A stretch of DNA of 63,434 nt, counting the filler, from Octopus bimaculoides (Eukaryota), in assembly GCF_001194135.2 (NCBI RefSeq). It is 5 parts of 5 records of this genome, joined end to end, with 100 filler letters (N's around TTAATTAATTAA, not from the genome) between each part and the next. Parts side by side here need not be neighbours in the genome. Positions count along the whole stretch, not along the records: positions 1 to 18,145 come from NC_068996.1; positions 18,246 to 34,573 come from NC_068991.1; 3 more parts are not named here. One strand, given 5' to 3'. Below the pieces are notes generated by a model. It worked only from the letters and a program-made list of their open reading frames with translations, ran no database searches and had not been told where the DNA came from. Positions 12,931 to 24,666 of the stretch are shown here, piece by piece (position 1 is the stretch's first letter; every line of letters begins with the position of its first letter). A program made the position numbers and the translations under genes.

Positions 12931-14408
12931 CAATATTTGGGGTTCCAGTTATATGCTTTGGGGCATTTGATCCTGTGAGAGAATTAGCAGCATGTGGATC
13001 TGAAGGAAGTTTTTTCTTGCCTATCATAAACATTTGTTTTGAATTCTTTGCATTGCAGAAGCTTTGCAAAGGGCTTTGCTCACTAGGAGATTGCCCAACT
13101 TGTTGTGTATCAACTGATGAGGGCTTAGAACCTGTCATCACTTCATCTTGTAGGCCATTCATTTGTGACAACTGTTGATCAAAACCTGTGTCTTGTGTTG
13201 ATGATAGATCAGATGTTGCATGATTCTGCTGGCATTCTTTTGAATTTTTCTCATTAACTACATTAGCTTTTTTATCAATCTGTTTTGATACTGACATATT
13301 TTCATCTGCACCTGAAGTAGATGAAATTGTGTCAATACTATTTTCTGTCAATGGCTCAGGGCAGGTATTTTTGATTGGTTCTACCTTAACTGGAGTTGAC
13401 TTTGCTTGGTTAGGGTTAGAATAAGGGCCAAATTGGAAAGGCAGACCAGTTGGACCTGAAAATAAATTGTCTATAAACATAAAAACATCTTCATTTTTAT
13501 CACTTTCAACAAAGCCAGTTTCTATTCTATCAAGAAATTTGAGGAAGGATTCCATATCATCACAGTTTGCATGCAAGTTAGACAGTTGGTTTTGTGTCAA
13601 GAAAGTCTGAGGAGTCTGTGCAGTACAGCTCTCATCATACTGTGCAGGCTGAGAGCTTCGGGAAACAAGTAAGCTTGAGGCAGTTTTGGTTTCCAAATTT
13701 CCTACACTGTCAGCCAAAGTTTGCTGTGTTTGCAATAAATCTTTATCTGGAGTGGTTCGTTGTGCAGATGACTGCATGTTTTCTTGTGACAGTAGCTTCC
13801 CACACTCACCTTGTTCTGGTTCAGCATTCATATTTTTATTGTTCTCATCTTTACAGTTTTTACCAACAGACAGTTGGTTTTGTGTCAAAGAAGTTTCAGG
13901 AGTCTGTGAAGAATAACCATTATCAATTAAAGACAACTTCTCAGGCTGAGAGCTTTGGGCAGTTTTAGTTTCCAAATTTCCAACAGAGTCAGAGTTGCAG
14001 CTAGCCAAAGTCTGCTGTGTCTGCAACAACAAGTCTTTGTCTGGAGTTACTCGTACAGAAGACTGTGTATTCCCATGAGACAGTAGTTTCAGACTGTTGT
14101 CTTTCCCACACTCACCTCGCTCTGTCTCAGTTTTCATATTTTTCCTAGTCTCTTCTTGTTTATGGTTTCTAGCAACAGAACCATTCACAGAATCCATAAA
14201 AGACTTTTTTGGGGTAAGAATATTTAGTGACATCATACTCAGGGGCGATGGTCTATCCCCATCATAGGGTACAGACCAACACTGACATCCATCGCAACAC
14301 ATTTTCAAATTAATGAAAGCATCATACAAATATTCCATATAGTCTGTTTCTAGTTCATTCCAGTTGTTTGCTGACTTTGTCGAGTAAGTGTCATTCATAC
14401 TGTAACTC
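12931..14408 (-). CDS. FHIP1: FHIP1/FAM160A large internal exon (1478 nt)
   Basis: Lies within the 529-aa ORF. DYMEYLYDAFINLKMCCDGCQCWSVPYDGDRP matches the FAM160A YLxDAxxxxxxCxxxCxxWSxPYDG motif. Acceptor ccccctacag and donor TPNIg|gtaagt; phases 2/1 fit both neighbouring exons. Confidence 0.9.
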
Positions 14409-14424
14409 CTGTAGGGGGGAAAAA

Positions 14425-14455
<31 letters not shown>

Positions 14456-14611
14456 GTACATATATGCTTTAGTTTGTTGTTCTTTACAGGAAATGTAAAA
14501 TTACAAAAGTATTCATAGTTAATAAATAAAGGAATAATATAATCTATGTGTGTATGTTTGTGCATGTGTATGTATGGATACATACATGTAAACACACACA
14601 CACACACACAT

Positions 14612-15168
14612 GAAATTTGATCAAAAAGTATTGGGACTGGTGCTATATAGGAAGAAAAGTACAACATATGTCAGTTTTACATTTAATCTCCATCAAACTA
14701 GGGCCCTTTCTAAAGCCACACACTTTATACCCCATTCTTTCCATTGATGGAAGCATACCTGGAACTCCTTTTTTGGGGATAGCAAGCAGCTATCTTGTCA
14801 CATTCTCTTGGATTTCCTTGATGTTTTGAAACTTTATTGGGGTCTTCTAAGACTGAGCCATGGTTTCAGAGTCAGCCACAGAACCATGATTTGTCACCCA
14901 CTATGATTGATTTCAAAAAATTTCTGTCTTCTTCAACACAATGAAGGAGTCCTGCACAACTGAAATCCGATCATCTTTTTCAGACCACCACACTCTACAC
15001 ACTTTACTTCCAAGCACTGCTATAAACAATGGAAGTGAGAAAGAACATTACAACTTGGTGTGCATGTGCGAAAGAGTTCAAGATTAATCTGTGCCAAGTA
15101 GCTTCACTCTGCATACAATAGTTTTGTTACTATAGCAACAGTCCCAATACTTTTTGATCAGACCTTGT
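14612..15168. mobile_element. internally deleted mariner/MITE
   Basis: Perfect 21-bp inverted repeats: gatcaaaaagtattgggactg (14619-14639) and cagtcccaatactttttgatc (15139-15159). Outer ends approximate. Confidence 0.75.
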
Positions 15169-15191
15169 GTATATGTGCATGTGTGTGTATG

Positions 15192-15223
<32 letters not shown>

Positions 15224-15226
<3 letters not shown>

Positions 15227-15413
15227 GAAAATTTATGAAAAAAACAACAACAGACGAGGACAGGTGGTGTAAACAACAAAAGGATGTATTAGTTTAATGC
15301 TCAGGAATAGAGAAAGTCTTTAACGTTTCGAGCTACGCTCTTCAACAGAAAGAATAAGGAGAAAAACAAGGAGAAAAACACGGAGAAAAAAAATTTGAAT
15401 GTTGTGGTCAGCG
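15224..15413 (-). repeat. same hammerhead-bearing repeat (copy 2)
   Basis: Reverse complement of the repeat at 4575-4760 and 41840-42030. Confidence 0.7.
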
Positions 15414-16790
15414 ATAGAGAGAGAGAGAGAGAGAGAAAGATAGAGAGAGATTAGTATCAGATTATGTCTAACATAATAACCTGGTATTCAGGAGCCCTTT
15501 TTACTAAACTTTTTAAGGCGATGACTATACAAAGATATTCCAATTAAATGCCAACTGTATCTATCTCACTTGAACATGGACGAAAACTCAGAAAAAGTCA
15601 TGATTACTGTCCATTCTTCCTGACTAGACCATAAAAGAAATAAAAACCAACTACCTGATTGAGGATTATTTTCTTAAACCTTATGCAGATGAAAGGCAAA
15701 GTTAGTTTCAACAAGATTTGAATTCACAACATAAAAATAGATGACTAAACATTGCAATACTTTTTACTTAAAGCTCTCCTCATTCTACCAACTTTCCATT
15801 CCTTTTAGTAATAACAAATATACAAATATTTATACAAATAACAATTTATTATGTGCAACAGAAGTAACATTGGATTAAAATAGTTATCTGTGTAAAACAT
15901 CTAATGCAAATGCATCACTGAATGGCAAATTAACTGCTGTATTCACCCAGAGATAATATCTCTTATGGACATACTGTGTTAAATAACACAAAAATATATC
16001 AGTTGCAGGAATGCCTAATGTGCATTTCTGCCCTTTTGAATTTTGTCAGCAACATGTATTTGCTGGAAATTGCATACCAAGGCAAAGTCTGTTGTCACTG
16101 ACATAGGAAAATAGTAATTGAAAACCCAAGATTCATGATGTATTTAATGCAGTATGCCCATAGGAGACATTATTCCCTTGACAAATACCAGAGTTAATTT
16201 GTTTTTTTTTTCATGTATTTGTATTAAGTATGACACACAGATTACTATTTCATACATATAACAATTTCTTACATAAACAGAGGATCACACATTTTGAAAG
16301 GTACTCTGTGAGTGGTTGAAAAAAATGAACAGAGTCAACATAGGGTAGTGATGAGTCTGTAGTCTTGTTGAGGATATGACAAACTCTCTAATACTGGTGT
16401 CTTGACAAGATGCACCAAAAATACTATGTAAAGTGATAGGTGTTAGGAAGGCCATCAGCTGTTGAAATCATTTCAAATATGGAACATAGAAATGAGCTGT
16501 GGCCCTCCAACTGATCTAGCAGAGAGTATTAATTTCACATCAAAATTGACTCGAACTTGAGGATCAGTCCATCCCATGCCATCAAGGTAATATATATAAA
16601 ATGGTGATGATGAAACAATCAGTTATACTGATCCTGGAAGTATAAAAATGAAAATTCACCTGTGACACATTTCAACTCAGGATGTAAGATCAAACAAAAT
16701 ATTACACAGCATTATATCTGTTACTCCAATGATTCTGCCATCCAAATGCAACATATAAATAAGTAAACTGTTAAATAAATAAATACATAC

Positions 16791-16952
16791 CGAGAGAAAT
16801 TGATAGTCTCACTATTCTCTTTGTCCTGATCCCATTTTAGACAGCATTTGGGTCTCAGAGACAAAAACTTCTCAGCACTTTTACTATGAAAGTCAATGTC
16901 TTTGACAGCACGCTTTTGACTAACCATCACATGTGTACAGGGTATCAGATAT
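16791..16952 (-). CDS. FHIP1: FHIP1/FAM160A-family coding exon (most 5' exon found)
   Basis: Reads YLIPCTHVMVSQKRAVKDIDFHSKSAEKFLSLRPKCC, matching the FAM160A motif RYLIPCNHVMLSQRxAVK. Acceptor tttgtctccag and donor cg|gtatgt; 162 nt, phase 2/2. Confidence 0.9.
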
Positions 16953-16986
16953 CTGGAGACAAAGGAAATATATATATATACACAGA

Positions 16987-17037
<51 letters not shown>

Positions 17038-17117
17038 NNNNNNNNNNNNNNNNNNNNNNNNNNNNNNNNNNNNNNNNNNNNNNNNNNNNNNNNNNNNNNN
17101 NNNNNNNNNNNNNNNNN

Positions 17118-17180
<63 letters not shown>

Positions 17181-17486
17181 AGGATGAAATTTAGCCCAGG
17201 TCACTTCTGATTGAGCAGATCAATGATCAAACATCTTCCAACTTTGACCATCACACCTTTTACTCAGATATCTAATGTATTATACAATATACATACATTA
17301 TATATAATATATAATACATTATCTAATGTATTATAAAATAAACAGTTTTAGTTGCTTAGTCTCATGCCAGCTGTAATCTAGCAGACCCATGATCAAAATG
17401 GTTTTAGCCTGACTATTCCATCTTATATAGCTTAGTTAGTATATAATATAGAGTATGAGTTATATCTACTGCATAATGTATGGTAT

Positions 17487-17730
17487 ATGTTAGCCATTCA
17501 GAAATGCACAAAAACTGGTAACTTCACTTGAACATTTATTGCTTGTAAAAGGTGTCAAAATTTTTATCACTCCAACAATAACCTGATCACTGACAATGTT
17601 GTTGCATTGCAGTGCAACATTGTCAATGACCCAGTGCAGTTTCAAGCAACGATAATTTTGACACCATATCACAAACAATAAATGTTCAAGTGAAGTCAAC
17701 AGTCTTTAAGTATTTCTGAATGACTAACAT
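17487..17730. mobile_element. foldback MITE
   Basis: atgttagccattcagaaat...cttcacttgaacatttattg is inverted at 17667-17730, with a near-palindromic centre tgacaatgttg...caacattgtca. Confidence 0.75.
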
Positions 17731-17825
17731 GCATCTTCCATGCTGCAATTGCTTTAGTTTCAACACACAGTCTCAGATCAAAACACTTACCATGTATATA
17801 CATCTTTGTAAATGTATGGTATAAT

Positions 17826-18145
17826 CATCATCATCATCATCATTTAACGTCCGCTTTCCATGCTAGCATGGGTTGGACGATTTGACTGAGAACTGGTGCA
17901 ACTGGATGGCTACACCAGGCTCCAATCTAATTTGGCAGAGTTTCTACAGCTGGATGCCCTTCCTAACGCCAACCACTCAGAGAGTGTAGTGGGTGCTTTT
18001 ACGTGTCACCCGCACGAAAACGGCCACGCTCGAAATGGTGTCTTTTATGTGCCACCCGCACAAGAGCCAGTCCAGGGGCACTGGCAACGATCTCACTTGG
18101 CTTGCCGGGTCTTCTCACGCACAGCACATTTCCAAAGGTCTCGGT
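17826..18145 (-). mobile_element. RTE-family 3' end, cut by gap
   Basis: Same (CAT)n-tttaacgtccgctttccatgctagc tail as 10965-11675 and 33577-34430. Confidence 0.8.
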
Positions 18146-18245
18146 NNNNNNNNNNNNNNNNNNNNNNNNNNNNNNNNNNNNNNNNNNNNTTAATTAATTA
18201 ANNNNNNNNNNNNNNNNNNNNNNNNNNNNNNNNNNNNNNNNNNNN
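18146..18245. other. scaffold-join gap with six-frame-stop linker (also 34574-34673, 55058-55157, 59919-60018)
   Basis: Identical N44-TTAATTAATTAA-N44 format, exactly 100 bp, four times. Confidence 0.95.
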
Positions 18246-18329
18246 ATATATATATATATATATACACATATATATACATATACACACATATATATATACA
18301 TATATATATATACATATATATATACATAT

Positions 18330-18368
<39 letters not shown>

Positions 18369-18379
18369 TATACAACAAG

Positions 18380-21300
18380 ACAAGAAACTCCAAACACAGA
18401 AGAAACAAGATTTACATTAGTGAAGTCATAAAAAAGAAAAAAGGCCCCAGTCCCAGACTCCCCTCCCCATACAAAAACACCTAAAGCAACCGCAGAGACA
18501 CAAGAAAAAGCTCCTCACACTATCCCCCAGTTAAAACCCTTCTCCAAATCCCACCCCAAAGTACAAAACAAAATAGTATCATTCAAAGAAAGCAATGAAG
18601 CTTTGTCACAAATTATACGTGCACACCATAAAGAGCAAATGTACAAAGCATACCAAGACTTGCCGCTTCACATTTGGATGGTCAGAATGGTGGTGAGTTT
18701 ATTCAATGAACTAACACAAACACAAAGATATAAAGAAGACATAAAGGACATAAGCGCAGAGATGGCTGGCAGGAGCTTCATCGTGAGTCCAGTGGCTTAC
18801 ACCAAAAAAGGAGGATGGGGTGGGGAAGCTGAATTCGTTCAACCACTCCCCAAAATCAAAATGTAAGTAAGAATTTCTATGGAATTTAAGTTAGGGTGCA
18901 TAAATGTGCATGGCCTAGGGTTGAAATGGAAGCAAACTCGTCTCTAGGACGACTTTAGGTCACTAGAAATTGATATATGTGTTGTAACTGAGTCCAAGCT
19001 GAGTGCGCCACAAGCATTCATGCCCCTTCTTAATGGCTACGAGAAATTTATTTCTCCTAGTTGGCGTGGTGGTTCTATTCAGGAAAAATTTGGACGTACA
19101 GGTAAGTGCAGTCTTTCTAGACCCAGACGGTAGGTCATTCTACATGTGACACACGTGAGTAAACAATCCTTCAGATTGGTAGCTGTCTACTCTCCAAATA
19201 AGTGTAGGCAGGCTGATTTTACCGGGATCTGGAGAGTTTCTTAGTGACATCAAACACTCTTGTTGTACTAGGAGACTTTAACACCATTCTCGATGCACAG
19301 GTGGATAGTGTTGGCTCGGCTGATAGAAGGGAAATCCTACTAGGGAGCTATAATCTAGTAGACTAGTATAGACTGGATGAGCCGTTCGTTCCACAGTGGA
19401 TGTGGTCTAATAACAACAGTTCATAAAGATCTTATTTAGATAGGATTATTGTTAGAGATACAGATAGGGATACTGTTAGTTGTCCATGCTTTTGTTGTGT
19501 TCCTACATAGACCACAAATTTGTGACGTGTAAGGTGTACCTAGTTAAGTGTCATAGATAGGGAACTGGGTACTGGAAGATGAACAAGTCTATTTTGACTT
19601 GTAAAACCTTCCGTGCTCGGGTTAAGAAGTTAGTGCAGAGGGCATTAACAGGTGCCATTATCAATAATAGGTGGTGGTGCGCCCTCATACAAGACATTCA
19701 TTCTGAGTCTATTAGATTCAGCAAGCAGTTAAGTCTAGAAAAGACTAGAATAGAAGGGACGTTAATGAAGGAATCAGATGAGGCCATGGAGTCTGGCTCT
19801 ACATCTAGAGTGTTGGTAGCGAGAGAGGTTTTGTACCGTCATCTTAAAGCCAAACGTGAAGGATGTAGGGTCACAGCTAAACTTCATGTAGTGGGAAGAG
19901 AAGGTATTAACGTTGCCGGATGGGCACATCAAGTGGAGAGTCAGAGAGGCAGAGAAGCCTCTATTAAGTCTTCACAGACAAACAGGGGCATTCAATAGAT
20001 GGACAAGAGGAGATGTAAAAGGCTTTTCACTAGCATTTTGCCCAAATGTTCGGGAAGAGCAGGAAACTGGACCGTGGGGAGCCTCTGAGGAACTTCCTCG
20101 CTGGTGGGCCGTGACTCTTGGCTTGAAAGGCGGAATGCTGTGAAGGGTTGATTACAGCTACAGAGGTTGAAGTGTTACTGGCTGAGGGCGCCAGGGACAA
20201 ATCGCCAGGGCTGGATGGTCTGCCCTATGAATTTTATTGTAGTGTGCTTGACTTGTTCGGGCACTTACTGGCCTGCGTCTACACAAACTGGCAGCAAAAT
20301 GGGAGGATTTCCAGTTCTGTAAGTCAGGGAGTGGTGATGCTGATCAGAAGAGACCTGAGCAAGGGGGATTATATCAATAATTTTAGGCCCATAACTCTAC
20401 TTAATGTAGAGTTAAAGATTTTGGCCACAATGCTAGCTAAGTGGTTGGTGCGTGTTGAGGAGAAATTTGTTGGGAGGGTGCAGGCAAGTGCCATCCTAGG
20501 CAGGTCAATCCAGGACAAACTCTATCTCCTGCACTACACCTTATACAGGGTTGGTAAGCCATCAGGTGAAGGTGGGCACTGGTCCATTTAGACCAAAGTA
20601 AAGCTTATGATAGGGTAGACCACCAGTACCTGGCAGCAGTCCTTAAGGCAGCTGGGCTGGGCCCAGACTTCCATGGATGGACCACTGCCATTTAGGGCAG
20701 CATCGAGTCTACAGTTCAGATAAATGGTTACCAGTTGGTGCCATTTAAGATCGAGCGCTCCGTTCGTCAGGGGTGCCCCATCTCTGCTTCTGTATGTGCT
20801 GGCTCTGGAGCCATTGCTGCAGAGGCTAGAGAATTTGGGAGGCATCTCTAATGAACTGGGATGTGGTAAGTTTGTTTCTGCTTACATGGATGACGTCACC
20901 ATTACCGTAACTAATGAAGTTCAGCTAACTTGTGTAGAGGAGGCAATCAAAGGTTACAAGGTGGTGACAGGGGCAAAAATTAACAAGGACAAGTCCATTG
21001 CCTTGCGGCTTGTTACCTGGAGAGGTGAGGCGATACCGTCCAATGTTGTGGGACATTGGGCGGAAGCTCCTGTTAAGTGGCTTGAAGTCTGGTTTGGACC
21101 AAATTCCCGGACAGAGAAGTATTGGTGTGAGGTGGCAGCCCTAATCCGGACCTGGTCTGGAAGGACGCTATCCCTGAAAGGGAAGGCAGAGGTGGTGCAG
21201 GTGTATATTGCATCTGTTATCACCTACTGTCTGACCATTGTCCCTTGCTCTAATTCATGGCTAAACAGGTTGGAACGCCTCCTCTTTCGCTTTTTGTGGA

Positions 21301-22270
21301 AGGGAGGAAAACCGTTTGTGAGGCACTCTGTTGCCAAAAACCGCTAAAGGGTGGGTTAGGGATGCCGTGGCTGATGATGCGCAGACATGCACTGAGGCTG
21401 AGGCACCTCTGGTTCTACCTGGAGGGTGACCAGGTATGGAATTCGCTGGCAGAGACATTCTTTCTGTGACTGGCCTCCTTGGAGGAATTTAAACCCTGTT
21501 TCATGAAAAGAAGGAATCTGACTGAATGGCAGAATGAGTGCTGACAGGCACTCGTGCTAATCTACAAGGCGGGCAAGGCCGGCAGTGAGAATACCACCTC
21601 AGAACTTTATAGCGGGCTGGTAGAGTTCAAACAGGATGATGTCCTGGGAGAAGCTCTGGGACTTGATGAGGACCAGCTAGCAAACCTGTTTAAAAGAGCT
21701 TTTGGGTCAGGGTACCTGGATAACTACCAAAAATCCCTGACCTGGCAGTGCTATAGGATCTCTTTACCTGTTCGTGATAAACTGTTTAGACATGGGGTGT
21801 CTGTGCCACCGGCATTCCAATGTGCGGGCAGGATGATGAAACTGTCCTTCACACCCTTGTTCATTGTCCGGAAATTTCAGGCCTGATAGTTTACTCAGAA
21901 CACGTGCTGTCGCATCTAGGAAGAGTACAGCTATCAGCTGAGTGTACAATTAAGATTCTATCGCCACCCGAACTGTCAAAGGAAGGGGAAGTTTGTTTGT
22001 TATGCACAGTTGCGGTTTTGAAAGAGTGCATTTAGAAAACGAGGATGAAAAGTGTCATGACAGGAACTTTCATCTCCACCCCTGGTTTGCTGTACTATTT
22101 CAGATACATCTGAAGAGCAAGATAAGGCTGGAGAAGGGACGCCTGTCGCGAAGCGTATACAAGAAAAGATGGAAGGATGTGGTGAGGAAGTTGGGCATGA
22201 ATGACCCTGCTTAAATACATAGTAAATTCGTACGGTGTAGTCGGTGGACTTCCCGCCCAAAATGTAAAAT
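18380..22270 (+). mobile_element. decayed Tx1/L1-like LINE (possible ORF1 tail, APE, RT, Zn finger)
   Basis: APE start MEFKLGCINVHGL at 18879 and DICVVTES; RT motifs KSPGLDGLPYEFY, NFRPITLLNVELKILA, SVRQGCP-like and AYMDDVT; C-terminal CGQDDETVLHTLVHC. Many stops and frameshifts. Confidence 0.9.
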
Positions 22271-22719
22271 AATTCATTGAAATTAACACTCATTACAACA
22301 TATATCATCCTATATTTTTAAAGGCATGATGTAAACAAACTCATGAACATTATATGTTTGTAACATCCTGTGCTGTCCCCTCTATGTTAGATCATTTGAT
22401 CATAAAGAATTTATCCCTAGTCAGTGATTGTCACGCACTGATAACCTGGGTCCGTGTGTATCATGTCAGGTTAGAGATGATTTCCTTTTGCAAATACTGA
22501 TAGCCAGCTGGAGGAGATGTCTTCCTGGAGCTGTAAACTACAGTAGCATTGTCCCATATGGGTCAGCCACATTTAGGTGGCAAATATACTTCACGATGTC
22601 GTGCTGCTACTGTTTATGCCTCACTCAGAGATTTATTATTGCTTATACATATATACTTTTTTGTATATTCATATATACTTTTATGTGAGTGAAAATGACT
22701 AAATCGTTATGGTAAATAT

Positions 22720-24125
22720 CAAAAGTAAAATAAAGTGGGTTATAGAGATTATCAGATAACAAAAAGAGGGGTCCAATTCTATATTTAAGAGATGAGGAAT
22801 TATGTACATTATTTACATTATTTATATTTGATGGATATTTGCCCTCATCTCAATAAGAAACTTGATGGAAATGTTGACCTTCTGTGTAGAAATTACCTAC
22901 TTCAGTATGGACACTAATATATATTGACAAGAAGAGGGTTTAGCTATGGGTTCGCCATTATCACTGATAATAGCCAATATATACATGGAATACTTTGAGA
23001 ATTTGGCTTTAGGATCAACACCACTAAAACCAACCCTATGGCTGCGATATGTTGATGACACCTTTATACTCTGGCCCCACCAGGAAGATGTCCAAGTGCT
23101 GTTAGATCATGGGAACTCAATAAAGCCATCCATACAGTTCACAATGGAAAAAGAAAAAGACAATCAGTTAGCATTCCTGGACGTATTAATAACATGCACC
23201 AAGTATGGATTCAGGATATCCGTTTACTGCAAGTCGACCTTCACTGGACGATACCTCAACTTCAACTCCCACCATCCACACAGTGTAAACAGGGGGATTG
23301 CTCAGTGCCTACAACATCGAGCAAAGAATATAAATAGTGACCATGATACCCACCACGAAGAAATGATCAAGCTCAGTAACAATCTTTTAAGCAACAACTA
23401 CCCCAAAAACATACTATCTACTCCAATTATGAAGAAAAGAGAGGATGAAACCAATAAATTGTCCACAGTCTGTGAAAGGCCTCTTCGAAAAGATACAAAA
23501 GATATGCGGTCCATAAGACATCAGAACATTCAAGAGTAATAGAACACTTTGCAAATATTTCCTTTGAGTAAAACCACCAATAGAAGAGAATATGACTAAA
23601 AACTGTGTATACTCCATCCCATACAAAGGCGAAACATGTCACCCCCTCAAAATAAGGGTAGAGGAACATCAAAAAGCTATGACACAAGGAGATATTGATA
23701 AATCAGGTATAGCTGATCATGTATGGAAAAATGGAGAATACGAAAACTAAAAGAAGTAGTACATATGCTAGGACACAACAACCTCCTAAGCAGACCGAGT
23801 GCAGATATGAATAGCATATGGGAACCGGTATTAAGGAAGGATAGGAAAATATAAGATTTATAAGCCCTAAAAATTCATTCCATAATTGCCCGTAGGCATA
23901 TGGTGTAGTGGTTAAGAGCATGGGCTACTAATCCCAAGATTCTGAGTTCAATTCTAGGCAGTGACCTGAATAATAATAATAATAATAATAATAGTAATAA
24001 CATCGAAAAATACCTTAGGAATAAGAACCCAGGTTCGAAATTTCCTCAAGATACCTGATGAAGACTGGAGAGTATATCAGCCAAAATAGTTTTAACAACA
24101 TCCGTCAAATGTAAATAATGTAAAA
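22720..24125 (+). mobile_element. Penelope-like element (RT + GIY-YIG, truncated)
   Basis: RT motifs MGSPLSLIIANIYME, WLRYVDDTF, IQFTMEKE..LAFLDV and YLNFNSHHP; GIY-YIG remnant NCVYSIP..KGETCHPLKIRVEEH..SGIADHVW; inverted terminal motif at about 22804 and 24098. Confidence 0.88.
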
Positions 24126-24666
24126 AGAATCTAGCTAGAATCTAGGAAGGTGGTGTGTAAATCAGTGCATGTGCATATTTATCTAGCTGCACCTCTTCAC
24201 ACACATATGGGTACTCATAGGTCTACACACATACATCCATAGATGTACTTGTGCATCCACAAGTGGCCATCTAGATATAGATTCATGCGCATGCACGAAT
24301 ATACAGTTATGTGTAAATTAATGAAACATTGATATTGAGTTAAATAATGAGAGTGCTGTGTAAGTTATAGGGCGGGGTGTATTTGTTTCAAGATATTTGC
24401 TGAGTTTAACAAAGTGGGGTAGAAATTAATTAATTAATCAATCAATCAATTTAGTTTAATTCATTAATTTGTCAATTAGTCAATCAATTTAGTTCAAATT
24501 TATCTATGGTTATGATGAAGAACTTTGGGTACTATTATGGGAGAGGAGGAGTAAAGAATTAACTGATTTCAATTATATCTAGAGAATACATGTTTACCTC
24601 TGTGCAAGCAATAATTGTTTCGTTCCTCTCTCAGGGGAGTTTAGCCATTAAGATAAAATATTTTTC

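Noticed and set aside
18190-18201. TTAATTAATTAA palindrome as a regulatory or piggyBac target site
   Set aside because: Synthetic linker centred in N gaps.
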